From contig CAVSHF010000003.1 in assembly GCA_963727805.1 (NCBI GenBank), positions 1,728,001 to 1,792,000 of the forward strand: a DNA stretch of 64,000 nucleotides, read 5' to 3'. Under the pieces are notes generated by a model. It was not told the origin of the DNA. It saw only the letters and a program-made list of their open reading frames with translations, and did no database searches. The translations under genes and the position numbers were made by a program. Below are positions 1 to 10,898 of the stretch, piece after piece (the first letter of the stretch is position 1; every line of letters begins with the position of its first letter). Source of the DNA: an uncultured Nitrospiraceae bacterium (GTDB lineage Bacteria > Nitrospirota > Thermodesulfovibrionia > Thermodesulfovibrionales > Dissulfurispiraceae).

Positions 1-1938
1 AGCGAGATCAGGAATTATAATCGGCCTCAGGCCGAAGGACTCGATCATCTCCCGAAGTTCGGTGAAATCCGCAGGCGTGAGGTGAGAGCCCGCCAGAACA
101 TTGACCTGTCCGTTTTCCAGGTGAGTCTTTTCACTCTTATTAATCGATGCAACAAGGGCCTCGACCGCCTTGGCGTATCCGGTTTCCAACCCCCCTGCAT
201 AATCGGGGGTGGAAACATGAACAATTACTGTGTCATGCGTTCCATCGAGCATCTTGAGGGTGCCCGGCAGATCATCTCCCTTTGCCTCTGAGAGCCCTGT
301 CGTGAGAATGCCTATGACATCCGGAGAATTATTTCCGATCAGACCCTCGACAGCACTGACGGCGTTCTCCTCGCTGCCCATTACCACATTTTCGACAAAA
401 AGTTTCGAACTCACCATCGCAACGGGCTCGCGGAAATGGGCGCTCAGCAATACCTTTCCGAGGAAGTTACATCCTTGGGCGCCATGGATTACCGGCACGG
501 CACGGTCAATACCCTGGAACGCCATTGCAGCGCCAATCGCCTGGGAATGCTTCAACGGATTAATGAGCACGTCACTCGTCAGCCTTTTAACTGCTGCCTC
601 CTGAGCAGGTGTATTGCTATGCTCGCCCGTGACTCTTGTTTTCTCATAGAACCTTATGGCGTTGCTCAAATCATCAGCGATATTGACGAGCCCTTCGTAG
701 CCCGCATACGGTCGGTGCCTCTCCTGGTTGACGTCGATGAAAGGATATCCTTCTTTAACCCCGAGATACTTATTCCTGCCGCCCGCTACGAGCATATCGG
801 CATTATGTTTCTGCAGCAGCGTGAGAAGGTTTTTCGGCGTAACGTCCTCGACGAGAGGCGCGTCAGGGCCGAGTATCGCTTTCATCTTTTCCTCATCCTC
901 GAAGGTGCTCTTCTTAGTCCCCACGGCAACGACCTCGATGCCGAGGTCAAGGAGTGCCGAGATGAATGACCAGCTCTTTACGCCGCCGGTATAGAGCACA
1001 GCCCTTTTCCCCCGCAGGTGTCGGTACGGCTTCAATCTTTCTTTGAGACTGAGTTCCTCCTTTGCAATGACCTCTTCAATTCTATCCGCCACATCGGACG
1101 CCGCATAGTGCATCATGAATTTTTCACCTATGGCCCGCAAAGACTTGGACATCTCGGTTTTGCCAAAAAAAGATACCTCAGCGTAAGGGATGCCATACCT
1201 CTTCTCCATCTCTTTCGCAACGTTGATCAGAGCGCGACTGCAGACCATGACATTAAGCCTTGCGCGATGGGCATAAGTAATCTCTTCGAAAGTCGAGTCG
1301 CCCGTAATCCTCGAAAGCACCCTGATACCGGCCTTTTTGAGCACCGGTTCAACGAGCCAGAGATCCCCGGCGATGTTATATTCTCCGATTAGATTGATAT
1401 CGTATTCCGAAACATCCTCAGCCTCGCCGGTACCGATCACGTGCTCCAGGAGCACCTCTCCCGCAATCCGGTTGCCCAGGTTTTTAGGTCCCACAAAGCC
1501 GGGAGCATTCACCGGGATAACCCGTATGCCGAGTTCGCCCTCGGCCTTTTTGCAAACGGCTTCAATGTTTTCACCGATCAAGCCGCTTACGCATGTTGCA
1601 TGAACGAATATCGCCTTCGGATTTACGGCATCGTTTATCTTAATGATGGCACGATAGAGTTTCTCTTCCGACCCGTAGATAATGTCGAGTTCCTGCATAT
1701 CGGTGGTAAATCCCCATTTATGAAGATCACCCTTCGACGACAGGGTCCCCCTTCCTTCCCACGAATTGCCGCAGCAAGCGATAGGTCCATGGACGATGTG
1801 AGCCGCATCGGCGATGGGCTGAAGCACAATCATCGCTCCATCAAAAGCGCATGACTCTCCACCCCGTGCCCGACAGAGCTTTTCTCTCTGTTCGTGCTCG
1901 CAGCCGCTATTGAGCAATTTGTCCACATTCGCAAACAT
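1..1938 (-). CDS. nifEN: Fused FeMo-cofactor scaffold NifEN (3' end runs off the window)
   Basis: Translated by hand from the ATG at 1938 (RBS GGAG): MFANVDKLLNSGCEHE...ESCAFDGAMIVLQPIADAAHIVHGPIAC (NifE). It continues ...FIDVNQERHRPYAGYEG, then with no stop through the linker into INPLKHSQAIGAAMAFQGIDRAVPVIHGAQGC (NifN). Absent from the ORF track, consistent with no stop before position 1. Confidence 0.9.
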   Translation of the reverse strand, partial: MFANVDKLLNSGCEHEQREKLCRARGGESCAFDGAMIVLQPIADAAHIVHGPIACCGNSWEGRGTLSSKGDLHKWGFTTDMQELDIIYGSEEKLYRAIIKINDAVNPKAIFVHATCVSGLIGENIEAVCKKAEGELGIRVIPVNAPGFVGPKNLGNRIAGEVLLEHVIGTGEAEDVSEYDINLIGEYNIAGDLWLVEPVLKKAGIRVLSRITGDSTFEEITYAHRARLNVMVCSRALINVAKEMEKRYGIPYAEVSFFGKTEMSKSLRAIGEKFMMHYAASDVADRIEEVIAKEELSLKERLKPYRHLRGKRAVLYTGGVKSWSFISALLDLGIEVVAVGTKKSTFEDEEKMKAILGPDAPLVEDVTPKNLLTLLQKHNADMLVAGGRNKYLGVKEGYPFIDVNQERHRPYAGYEGLVNIADDLSNAIRFYEKTRVTGEHSNTPAQEAAVKRLTSDVLINPLKHSQAIGAAMAFQGIDRAVPVIHGAQGCNFLGKVLLSAHFREPVAMVSSKLFVENVVMGSEENAVSAVEGLIGNNSPDVIGILTTGLSEAKGDDLPGTLKMLDGTHDTVIVHVSTPDYAGGLETGYAKAVEALVASINKSEKTHLENGQVNVLAGSHLTPADFTELREMIESFGLRPIIIPDLA

Positions 1939-1995
1939 GATATTCTCCGTTTTAGTGTTCGTCTGGATGCCCGTATTGCACTACGCCCCTGAATG

Positions 1996-3510
1996 TCATC
2001 TTATGACATCAAAGCTAGTTGTATTAATCGTTGCACGATCAAGTTCATCCAGCACGGTGTTCACAATCGAGGTCACTATGTTCAGCGCGCCCTGGTAACC
2101 GATAATCGGGTACCTGTGCAGATGGTGCCTGTCAAAAAGCGGGAAGCCGAACCGGATTAGCGGTGTACCCGTGTCACGCCATAGAGACTTGCAGTATGAA
2201 TTGCCTATCAGCAGGTCCACCGGATCGGTAAACATCAGCGAGCGCAGGTGCCAGAGATCTTTGTTTATGTAAACTTTGCCCTCGGCACCATAAGGGCTTG
2301 AAGCGAGCAGTGCCCTTGCCTCTTCCTCGAATGCCTTGTCACCATTGGTGCAGATGATATGCACCGGCTCTCCACCCATCTCCAGGATGATGCTGATGAG
2401 CCCAAGCAGCAGGTCCGGATCTCCCGCCAGCGCAAAGCGCTTGCCATGCACATATGGGTGAGAGTCGACCATCGCGTCGACAAGGCGACCGCGCTCGTCT
2501 TCCAATGTCTGCGGCACCGGTTTACCGGTGATATGGCTCAGGCCCTCAAGAAACTCGTCGGTATTTCTGACGCCGACCGGTATTTTCACCAGCGTCTTCT
2601 GATTCCACCCTTTGTTGATAAAGTCCATAGTCTTAAGAGTCGAATATTTCTGGAGCGCCACCGTCGCCATGGCATTTATCGAATCCATAGTATCCTCTAT
2701 TGTCGTGAGGCCGCGATAGATCTTCGCCTGACCTGTGTTGGGCGCATCGAAGGAATCGCTGACATCCGCAAGCGTTGTATACTTTACATCCATCATGTCC
2801 AGCATTCGCTTGATCTCCCGGTAATTGCCCGTGTAGGGATCAAACCCGGCAATGATGTTCACCTTGCCGTTCGGCTCGCCCTGCTTACCTGTTGTGAGCG
2901 TTTTGATGATGCTCCTCATCATATTGTCGTATCCAGTAATATGGGAGCCGACAAAACTCGGTGTATTCGCATAAGGCGTCAACAACTCGGGAGGGATGAT
3001 GCCCTTTTCCTTTGCGCCCTTGGTGTAGGCGTTCAGGTCGTCGCCAATAACCTCGGCTATGCAGCTCGTAAAGATCGCCATCATCTTGGGCTTATAGAGT
3101 GCATAGGCGTTTTCCAGACCCTCGGTCATGTTGTTCAGGCCTCCGAAGACCGCTGCATCCTCCGTCATTGAGGATGAGACCGCCTGCACCGGCTCCTTGA
3201 AGTGGCGATTCAGATGGCTGCGAAAATAGGCCACACAGCCCTGGGCTCCCTGACAAAATGGCAGCGTATTTTCAAACCCCAGCGCGCAATAGAGTGCCCC
3301 CAGAGGCTGACAAGCCTTAACAGGGTTGATCTTGATATGCTGACGCGCAAAGTTCTTCTCCTTATATTCTTCGGTCTTTGTCCATTCCGAGATCTTCTGC
3401 ACCTCTTCGGTCGTCGGGCAACACTCGAACTCTTTTTTCCGCTCGAACTGTTCCTGGTACTCAGGCTCCAGGAATAATTCGCTGTGATCTTTTATTTTCA
3501 GTTTTATCAT
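1996..3510 (-). CDS. nifK: Nitrogenase MoFe protein beta subunit
   Basis: INPVKACQPLGA, QGAQGC, TSCIAE and TPSF P-cluster motifs; long N-terminus typical of group I NifK; directly downstream of nifD. Confidence 0.97.
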   Translation of the reverse strand: MIKLKIKDHSELFLEPEYQEQFERKKEFECCPTTEEVQKISEWTKTEEYKEKNFARQHIKINPVKACQPLGALYCALGFENTLPFCQGAQGCVAYFRSHLNRHFKEPVQAVSSSMTEDAAVFGGLNNMTEGLENAYALYKPKMMAIFTSCIAEVIGDDLNAYTKGAKEKGIIPPELLTPYANTPSFVGSHITGYDNMMRSIIKTLTTGKQGEPNGKVNIIAGFDPYTGNYREIKRMLDMMDVKYTTLADVSDSFDAPNTGQAKIYRGLTTIEDTMDSINAMATVALQKYSTLKTMDFINKGWNQKTLVKIPVGVRNTDEFLEGLSHITGKPVPQTLEDERGRLVDAMVDSHPYVHGKRFALAGDPDLLLGLISIILEMGGEPVHIICTNGDKAFEEEARALLASSPYGAEGKVYINKDLWHLRSLMFTDPVDLLIGNSYCKSLWRDTGTPLIRFGFPLFDRHHLHRYPIIGYQGALNIVTSIVNTVLDELDRATINTTSFDVIR

Positions 3511-3540
3511 AATATCCTCCCATGCGTACTTAAAATCGTC

Positions 3541-4968
3541 TTACTTCTTCCTCCTGATGAGCTTCCAGGTTGGGCTGTTTATGGTAGCATCCATGTCTCG
3601 GGCAAAAACCCCGAAGCCGTCAAAACCGTGGTACGGCCCTGAGTAATCCCATGAATGCATCTGCCGGAATGGAACACCCATCTTGTGATATGTATACTTT
3701 TCCTTGATTCCAGCTCCGACGAGATCGGGTCTTATCCGGTGGGTGAACTCCTCCAGTTCGTACTCAGTGGCATCGTCGAGGATCAGGGCACCCTCCTTCA
3801 TTTCGGGGTAGGTGCGCTTATAATCGTCATTATGGGCGAACTCGTAGCCGCTCGCGATCACTTCCATCCCGAGGTCTTCATAAGCGCCGATGGTATGGCG
3901 CGGCCTGAGACCGCCGACATAGAGCATGACCGTTTTGCCCTCCAAACGCACCCGATACTTCTCGATCACTGCATCCATCTTCGGTTTATATTTTACGATC
4001 ATCGCCTCTGCCTTCTCCTTGATCGAATCGTCAAAATGAGCGGCGATCTTCCGGATGCTCTCGTATATCCTCGTGGGTCCAAAGAAGTTGAACTCGGTCC
4101 ACGGTATCCCATAACTCTCTTCCATGTGACGGCAGATGTAGTTCATGGAGCGGTAGCAGTGGATGAGATTCAGTTTCGCCTTATGTGCGATGCCCATCTC
4201 ATTTACTGATGCATCGCCGGTCCACTGTGCAATTACCCGAAGGCCCATCTCCTCAAGCATCTTGCGCGAAGACCATGCATCACCACCGATGTTGTAATCG
4301 CCTATGAGAGCAACATCGTAAGGGGTGGTTTTTTCAAGAGTCCCTTTGCCGAGAACATGGTCCCTGATCGTATCGTTAGCGATATGGTGACCCAGTGACT
4401 GGCTGACACCGCGGAACCCCTCGCACCTGACAGGAACAATCGGCATGCCAAACTCCTTTACCCTCTTCTTCGCCACCGCCTCGATGTCGTCGCCAATGAG
4501 ACCAACCGGGCATTCGGAAAGAATCCCGATTCCCTTTGCAAGAGGGAATAGTTCCTTCAGTTCAACGAGTGCACCATCAAGATGCTTGTCACCGCCATAA
4601 ACGATGTCCTTCTCTTGGAAATCAGTCGTAATATGCATTGTGCCGAAGGTGTCTATCCCAGTCTGACCGTTATAATAGTTGCGGCGCGCCCACCAGCTAT
4701 ACTGACCACAGCCGATCGGTCCGTGGCTAATCGTTATCTGGTCCTTGACCGGGCCCCAAACAACACCCTTAGCTCCCGCGTAAGCACAGCCGCGGACCGT
4801 CATGACGCCCGGCCGGGACTTGACGTTAGATTTCACCTGACATGAAGCGCACTGCCCAGTTGGATCATTTGGAGCTATGTGCTTTGCACGCAGCTTTTTG
4901 GTCTTTTCCGGGTAGACCTCCAGGACTTCATCTATCATTTTTTGGGTATCTTCAATTGCCCTGCTCAT
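3541..4968 (-). CDS. nifD: Nitrogenase MoFe protein alpha subunit
   Basis: RGCAYAG, HGPIGC and ECPVG P-cluster Cys; LIHCYRSM (Cys275 equivalent); [18 protein letters not shown] (His442, Mo-type). Confidence 0.98.
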   Translation of the reverse strand: MSRAIEDTQKMIDEVLEVYPEKTKKLRAKHIAPNDPTGQCASCQVKSNVKSRPGVMTVRGCAYAGAKGVVWGPVKDQITISHGPIGCGQYSWWARRNYYNGQTGIDTFGTMHITTDFQEKDIVYGGDKHLDGALVELKELFPLAKGIGILSECPVGLIGDDIEAVAKKRVKEFGMPIVPVRCEGFRGVSQSLGHHIANDTIRDHVLGKGTLEKTTPYDVALIGDYNIGGDAWSSRKMLEEMGLRVIAQWTGDASVNEMGIAHKAKLNLIHCYRSMNYICRHMEESYGIPWTEFNFFGPTRIYESIRKIAAHFDDSIKEKAEAMIVKYKPKMDAVIEKYRVRLEGKTVMLYVGGLRPRHTIGAYEDLGMEVIASGYEFAHNDDYKRTYPEMKEGALILDDATEYELEEFTHRIRPDLVGAGIKEKYTYHKMGVPFRQMHSWDYSGPYHGFDGFGVFARDMDATINSPTWKLIRRKK

Positions 4969-5114
4969 AATATCCCCCTTAAAAAATTAGTACGGATGTA
5001 CGTTTGTTCAAGACAGAAATATTTCGCTGCTTTTCAGCTGCACTTGTGCTTCCACATCATTTTGTTGAGTACGTTTAGTACTCAGGCATTTGCGCACGTC
5101 CGCGCTGAACATTT

Positions 5115-5981
<867 letters not shown>

Positions 5982-5998
5982 TTACTGATCTAAAATTG

Positions 5999-6014
5999 AG
6001 CAAGAGGCATGCCA
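5999..6014 (-). promoter_or_regulatory. sigma54 (-24/-12) promoter of the nif operon
   Basis: Minus strand reads TGGCATGCCTCTTGCT (GG-N10-GC), about 40 nt upstream of the nifH ATG. Confidence 0.85.
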
Positions 6015-6469
6015 TGCTTATAAGTAATTGATATATTGGCCATTAGTCGACATCTTGGCCTTTTTGGGATATTCCTCTATATTTCATTATTGTAATATTT
6101 ACTACTTTTTTGTACATATATTGGCCAAAATTATTATCTGTTAGTCTCTCTTCCCATCACTACAAGTGGCAGTGAATGCCAAATCTATCACAAGCGTTTC
6201 GGATGGACGAATCGTTGAGACCAAGGGCGGGTTTGACTAAATAAGAATGTTGACCATTGGAATATACAACGGAACGGATACTCCTGTGCTGACAAATAGG
6301 TTTTAAAGTCCCTTTAAATGAGATGAGTTATCGCTTAACGATAACGCAAAGATTTATGTGGTAATCTGTTTTAGAATGAAGAAGAATCATTCCCAATGCG
6401 CTATGTGGTGCTGATTTCAGATAGGGTGTCCTATTACGCTCGCCTCGAAACCTGCTATAATCACTTGAA

Positions 6470-7963
6470 ATGAAGCACACACCGTCAAATCAAGAACTCT
6501 ATCATGAAATATTCGGTTCCATCCTAGATAGAATCGAGATGACACCATTCTTATTATCGCGTGCTAGAAATTATGATGTGGCCATCAACCAAGCTTCCAA
6601 GATGATGGGCAACCGAGGGTTTGATACTTTTGGCAGCACCGATTTGCGAGAGAGTGAAAAACAGAGGGCTCAGAAGTATATTGAACAGGTTTATAATTAT
6701 TTTCTTGACTGGATGTTTCCTTTTTGCAGGAATCAACTCGCAAAGCTCTCTGCCTTGAATTCCAGCAACAGCAGTCACTACAAGCATTGCCTGCGGAGCA
6801 TCGACACAACGCAAAAGATTTTGAAGAGCACGGAATTTCGAAGGTTACTCAATGAGGATCCTCGACATCTCTTTCTTATTGCATCATCAAGAAAATATCC
6901 TCATGTTTTTTATGGGTACCAGGGAAGAAATATGAAAGTTCCAGCTGAATGGCAGCCAATAGCCTGTTCCATTCTTAAGATGGGACACCTGATCAAATCA
7001 ATTGAAGAGGACAGCCAGGATATTAACGATTATGCTCAGTTGGGTGTATTTCTGGAAAGACAGGGACAAAGCCTTGATGACTTATACAATTACGACTGGG
7101 AAAATCCGGTACATCTTCCGGATAGTGAATACGCACAAAGAGCATTTGTCAAGATATCCACTTTTTTTCATAAGCTGAAAGAGTCGATGATGTCCGATGC
7201 AAAAAAAGGCTGTTTGGTTTTCAATAGCGGTGACGGCGTTGAAGTTGACATAGCCGAGATTAAAGCCAGGTTGAAGAGTCCGGAAAGTATGTTTACCAAA
7301 TTGGGGAAGAATGTAGAAGGAGAGGTTTACGATATAAGGGATATCCTTGCAATCACTTTTATTTTGAGGAGCAGGGATGACACGCTAATGCTTTTTCATG
7401 CATTACAGAAGAGAGGGGTCATACTACAGGAAAATACCGTTTCTCATTCAATAACCCAGACGCTCTTTGATAGCCCGAAAGATATGATGGAAGCGATTCG
7501 AAGACTTGTGATCAGCCTTTCACACAGCGAGGGCAAAGATAAGGTACCGGAGGGAAAAGAGCTGCTTTCCAACGCGATAAAATTCTATGAGGCTCTTAAT
7601 GTTAATGCTGCTAAGAATGTATATTCGTCTTCAGGCCATAAAAAGTTTCAGTGTAAAATAACTTTCTCCCTACCAATTCACCGCGCAACTGAAACAAATG
7701 AGATCATGATTCCAGGAACACCCTCATATTCAAATAGAGATCAGATCCGTAAAAAAACTCAACAGCATACGCTCAGTGTAGAACTGCGTATATCAGATGA
7801 GCAAAGCTGGTACGCATCTGAACAAAAGGGAGACTCGCACCATGATGCTTACAAATTCCGTCAGCTCGTCTCTGTGATGAATAGGGTCTTCAAAAATAAC
7901 TTCCATTTACCAGAACAGAGCTTTAAGCAATTGAGGGAAGACCAGAGAACCCTCTTCCCCTGA
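6470..7963 (+). CDS. Divergent RelA/SpoT-synthetase-like nucleotidyltransferase (resembles TIGR04552/TIGR04562-type proteins)
   Basis: ARLKSPESMFTKL, DIRDILAITF, VELRI and HHDAYK occur in the order of RSH synthetase motifs; extended -10 TGCTATAAT just upstream. Confidence 0.6.
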   Translation: MKHTPSNQELYHEIFGSILDRIEMTPFLLSRARNYDVAINQASKMMGNRGFDTFGSTDLRESEKQRAQKYIEQVYNYFLDWMFPFCRNQLAKLSALNSSNSSHYKHCLRSIDTTQKILKSTEFRRLLNEDPRHLFLIASSRKYPHVFYGYQGRNMKVPAEWQPIACSILKMGHLIKSIEEDSQDINDYAQLGVFLERQGQSLDDLYNYDWENPVHLPDSEYAQRAFVKISTFFHKLKESMMSDAKKGCLVFNSGDGVEVDIAEIKARLKSPESMFTKLGKNVEGEVYDIRDILAITFILRSRDDTLMLFHALQKRGVILQENTVSHSITQTLFDSPKDMMEAIRRLVISLSHSEGKDKVPEGKELLSNAIKFYEALNVNAAKNVYSSSGHKKFQCKITFSLPIHRATETNEIMIPGTPSYSNRDQIRKKTQQHTLSVELRISDEQSWYASEQKGDSHHDAYKFRQLVSVMNRVFKNNFHLPEQSFKQLREDQRTLFP

Positions 7964-8365
7964 CCTCAGCTTTGCGGTGAGCCGCATCCTTATCACACTT
8001 GTGTTATTGTAAAAATGTCAAACGCATCTATTATCTGCTATGTCGTTTGACTGCTTCCCGTTCAAAGATCGCTGAAGAAAATTTGTCGAACTGCTAACTT
8101 TTTTCCCTTTTTGCCTAGACTTTACGCCTCCTGTAGTCACTGTAGCCCTCTTTTCTTGTAGACTCATAAGGCGTTGAGACCCACTTTTAGCCGATATCAG
8201 CCATTAAATCAAAATTCTATGTCATTACCTTGAAATTTAAAGCCTTGCACCTCGCGGAAGGGTCTTCTAGCCTTGGAATTTAAAATTCATTTACCAAGAT
8301 ACGTCGGCTGCAGTCTTCCGGTAGCATCAGCATTTACGACTCAATCAATTTCCCCTCACCGTTCC

Positions 8366-8926
8366 TCACTCATTACCTGCCATGATCTTCCTGAAACATT
8401 CCGAGGTGCGGATAGTATGGTATGTCTTTGAGGTCTTGATGTAATTCCAGTTGTTATAGCCCTTCTCTATTGCTTTTTTCAACCATCGGCACGACTCCTC
8501 GGTATCCATTTTTGCCGCAAAGAGTTCAGCCATGCTATTCAGAGCGTAAATATTATTGGGGCTCATCTCAAGGGCTTTTCTAATATCTTTTTCAGCCTGG
8601 TCATAACAACCCATCAGGATATAATGGAAGCCCCTGTTGTTATATGCCATATCCTTGTTCGGATTCAATTCGATGGCCTTGTTGTAATCGGCGAGTGCTT
8701 TATCGTAGCGGCCGATCTTCTGATAGGTATTGCCCCGGTTGATGTAGGCGAGCGTAAAGTCGGGCCGCAATTCAATGGCCCTGTCGTAATCGGCGATGGC
8801 TAACTCGCGATGTCCCCGTTTTTCATATTCATTGCCACGGTTATTATAGGCACGGTAATCCTGCGGATTGGTCTTAATCATCTTACTGTAATAGGCTATC
8901 GGGTCACGCTTTGCCAAATTGTCCAA
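8366..8926 (-). CDS. Tetratricopeptide repeat protein
   Basis: Repeated AYNNRG...AIADY.KAIELNP units. Confidence 0.9.
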   Translation of the reverse strand: MDNLAKRDPIAYYSKMIKTNPQDYRAYNNRGNEYEKRGHRELAIADYDRAIELRPDFTLAYINRGNTYQKIGRYDKALADYNKAIELNPNKDMAYNNRGFHYILMGCYDQAEKDIRKALEMSPNNIYALNSMAELFAAKMDTEESCRWLKKAIEKGYNNWNYIKTSKTYHTIRTSECFRKIMAGNE

Positions 8927-8997
8927 GACGATTTCTCCCAGCTCAAATAGCGTATGCTAAAAAAACTATATTTTATGCCGACTGAAAAGTCAAGCTC

Positions 8998-9034
8998 GTG
9001 GTACTATTTGTGGTACTATTTTGTGGCACTATTT
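8998..9034. repeat. Three tandem 12-bp direct repeats GTGGYACTATTT
   Basis: gtggtactattt-gtggtactattt-t-gtggcactattt, between the divergent TPR and ugd genes. Confidence 0.8.
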
Positions 9035-9124
9035 AGATGCTGTGCAGGATCGCACTTGCCTTCACGCAAAAAGTTTGGTTATAGTAATCAAGAAATTAGA
9101 GCCTATTTTTAGCGGAGGTGTACT

Positions 9125-10444
9125 TTGCATATCGCCGTCATCGGAACCGGTTATGTCGGCCTCGTAACAGGCGCTTGCTTTGCTGAATTCGGCGTTTTCG
9201 TCACGTGTGTCGATAAAGATAAGGAAAAGATCGATTCCCTGAAGAAAGGGATCATCCCCTTTTACGAGCCCGGACTTGAGGAGCTCGTCAGCAGGAATTA
9301 TAAACAGGGAAGGATAAAATTCACCACCAACCTCGGTGATGCCATTGAAGAATCACTCGTCATCTTTATTGCTGTAGGGACCCCGCCGCGAGGCGACGGC
9401 TCAGCTGACCTGAGCTATGTGGATGAGGTTGGAAAAGAAATCGCGAACCAAATTAAAGGATATAAAGTCATCGTCACAAAAAGCACGGTACCTGTGGGAA
9501 CGGGCGAACGTTTAAGGGAGATTATCTCCAGGAACCTCCCTAAAACGCTCGACAAAGAAGCAATCAATTTCGATATCGTATCGAACCCCGAATTCCTCCG
9601 AGAGGGGGCGGCCATTGAAGACTTCATGAGGCCCAACAGAGTGGTGCTTGGCGCAAATAGCCAGCAGGCGATAGCCATCCTGAAGGACCTCTACCGGCCT
9701 CTCTATCTTATTGAAACACCTTTTGTGATAGCCAATATCGAAACGGCCGAGCTGATCAAATATGCATGCAATGCATTTCTTGCAACGAAGATATCCTTTA
9801 TTAACGAGATCGCGAACCTCTGTGAAGAGGTGGGAGCCGACGTCAAACTGGTCGCCAAAGGTATGGGACTTGACGGCAGAATCGGCCCCAAGTTCCTCCA
9901 TGCCGGCGCGGGCTTCGGCGGCTCCTGTTTCCCTAAAGATACGCGTGCGCTGTTGCAGATAGCCTCGATACGCGGCGTGCAACTCGGCATTGTCGATGCA
10001 GCCATTGAAGCCAATGAACGTCAGATACAACGGATGGGCGAAAAGATCAAGAGTGCCCTCCCTGATATTCACGGAAGGACAATTGCTGTCCTGGGGCTTT
10101 CCTTTAAACCAAACACCGACGACATACGGGAAGCGCCAGCCTTGAGCATTATTCAGGACCTTGCAGAACAAGGCGCCGTAATACGAGCCTATGATCCGGT
10201 GGCAATGGAGAACGCAAAAAAGACGGTAGAAATATCGGACATTACTTATTGCTCCGATGCATACGACGCATGCGCCGGAGCCGACGCTGTTGTCATCATT
10301 ACGGAATGGAACCAGTTCAGAAACCTCGATTTGGAGCGCATCAAGGGACTGCTCAAGGTCCCGATCTTCTTCGACCTCCGGAATATCTACGACCCTGAAA
10401 AGATGCGGGGAGCGGGGTTTATATATTATTGTGTCGGAAGATAA
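9125..10444 (+). CDS. ugd: UDP-glucose 6-dehydrogenase
   Basis: GTGYVG Rossmann motif, KSTVPVGT, NPEFLREG, GFGGSCFPKD, FKPNTDD; TTG start after GGAGG. Confidence 0.95.
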   Translation: MHIAVIGTGYVGLVTGACFAEFGVFVTCVDKDKEKIDSLKKGIIPFYEPGLEELVSRNYKQGRIKFTTNLGDAIEESLVIFIAVGTPPRGDGSADLSYVDEVGKEIANQIKGYKVIVTKSTVPVGTGERLREIISRNLPKTLDKEAINFDIVSNPEFLREGAAIEDFMRPNRVVLGANSQQAIAILKDLYRPLYLIETPFVIANIETAELIKYACNAFLATKISFINEIANLCEEVGADVKLVAKGMGLDGRIGPKFLHAGAGFGGSCFPKDTRALLQIASIRGVQLGIVDAAIEANERQIQRMGEKIKSALPDIHGRTIAVLGLSFKPNTDDIREAPALSIIQDLAEQGAVIRAYDPVAMENAKKTVEISDITYCSDAYDACAGADAVVIITEWNQFRNLDLERIKGLLKVPIFFDLRNIYDPEKMRGAGFIYYCVGR

Positions 10445-10513
10445 TGTTGGGGGGACTTCCCTTATGGGGTGCGATGGGGAGTTACTTTCGATTAGTTGGG
10501 TTAGTACAATACG

Positions 10514-10553
10514 GACCCAGTAGGGACGAGCCTCCAGCTCTCCCCTACTGGTC
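10514..10553. repeat. REP-like GTAG hairpin
   Basis: CAGTAGGG-AC-GAGC ctcca GCTC-TC-CCCTACTG imperfect palindrome downstream of ugd. Confidence 0.45.
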
Positions 10554-10657
10554 AACCGATCATAAACCGTGTCTATCTTTCACACGTGTTGCACATTCAC
10601 CACACACAACTAAACATTAAGTGGTTTTAAGCCATATATATTAGCAAATTCTTCTAT

Positions 10658-10673
10658 TGGCATATTTATTGCT
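10658..10673 (+). promoter_or_regulatory. sigma54 (-24/-12) promoter upstream of the porin
   Basis: TGGCATATTTATTGCT (GG-N10-GC). Confidence 0.7.
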
Positions 10674-10688
10674 AATTTTAACATTATT

Positions 10689-10734
10689 CTTTGTCAAGTT
10701 TTTCCTTGACAAAGAAGTATCCGCATGGTATAAA
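10689..10734 (+). promoter_or_regulatory. sigma70 promoter with an inverted repeat over its -35
   Basis: TTGACA (10706)-N17-TATAAA (10729); perfect inverted repeat CTTTGTCAAG-N6-CTTGACAAAG at 10689-10714. Confidence 0.7.
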
Positions 10735-10898
10735 AGTTACCATGCCTTTGAAAAACGCTAATCATGGCGTTTCATCCTTAAAGCATAGAAGGGGGTGATA
10801 GAAGGAAGGATTAGATTGGCTTTGCAGTGAGCGGTAACGATGTTTTGTACCTCTGCCTTTGGCGGAGCAAACTGAACTAACCATTGGAGGGTTAGGAA

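Noticed and set aside
82..1854. Several + strand ORFs in the track over 1-1938
   Set aside because: Antisense shadows of the open nifEN frame on the minus strand.
6020..6250. NifA upstream activator site TGT-N10-ACA
   Set aside because: Only an imperfect TGT-N10-ACT at ~6091 was seen; not enough to call.
8998..9034. CRISPR-like repeat array
   Set aside because: Repeats are 12 bp with no spacers, and there are no cas genes in the window.
9512..10555. 347-aa minus-strand ORF
   Set aside because: Antisense to ugd; no recognisable motifs.
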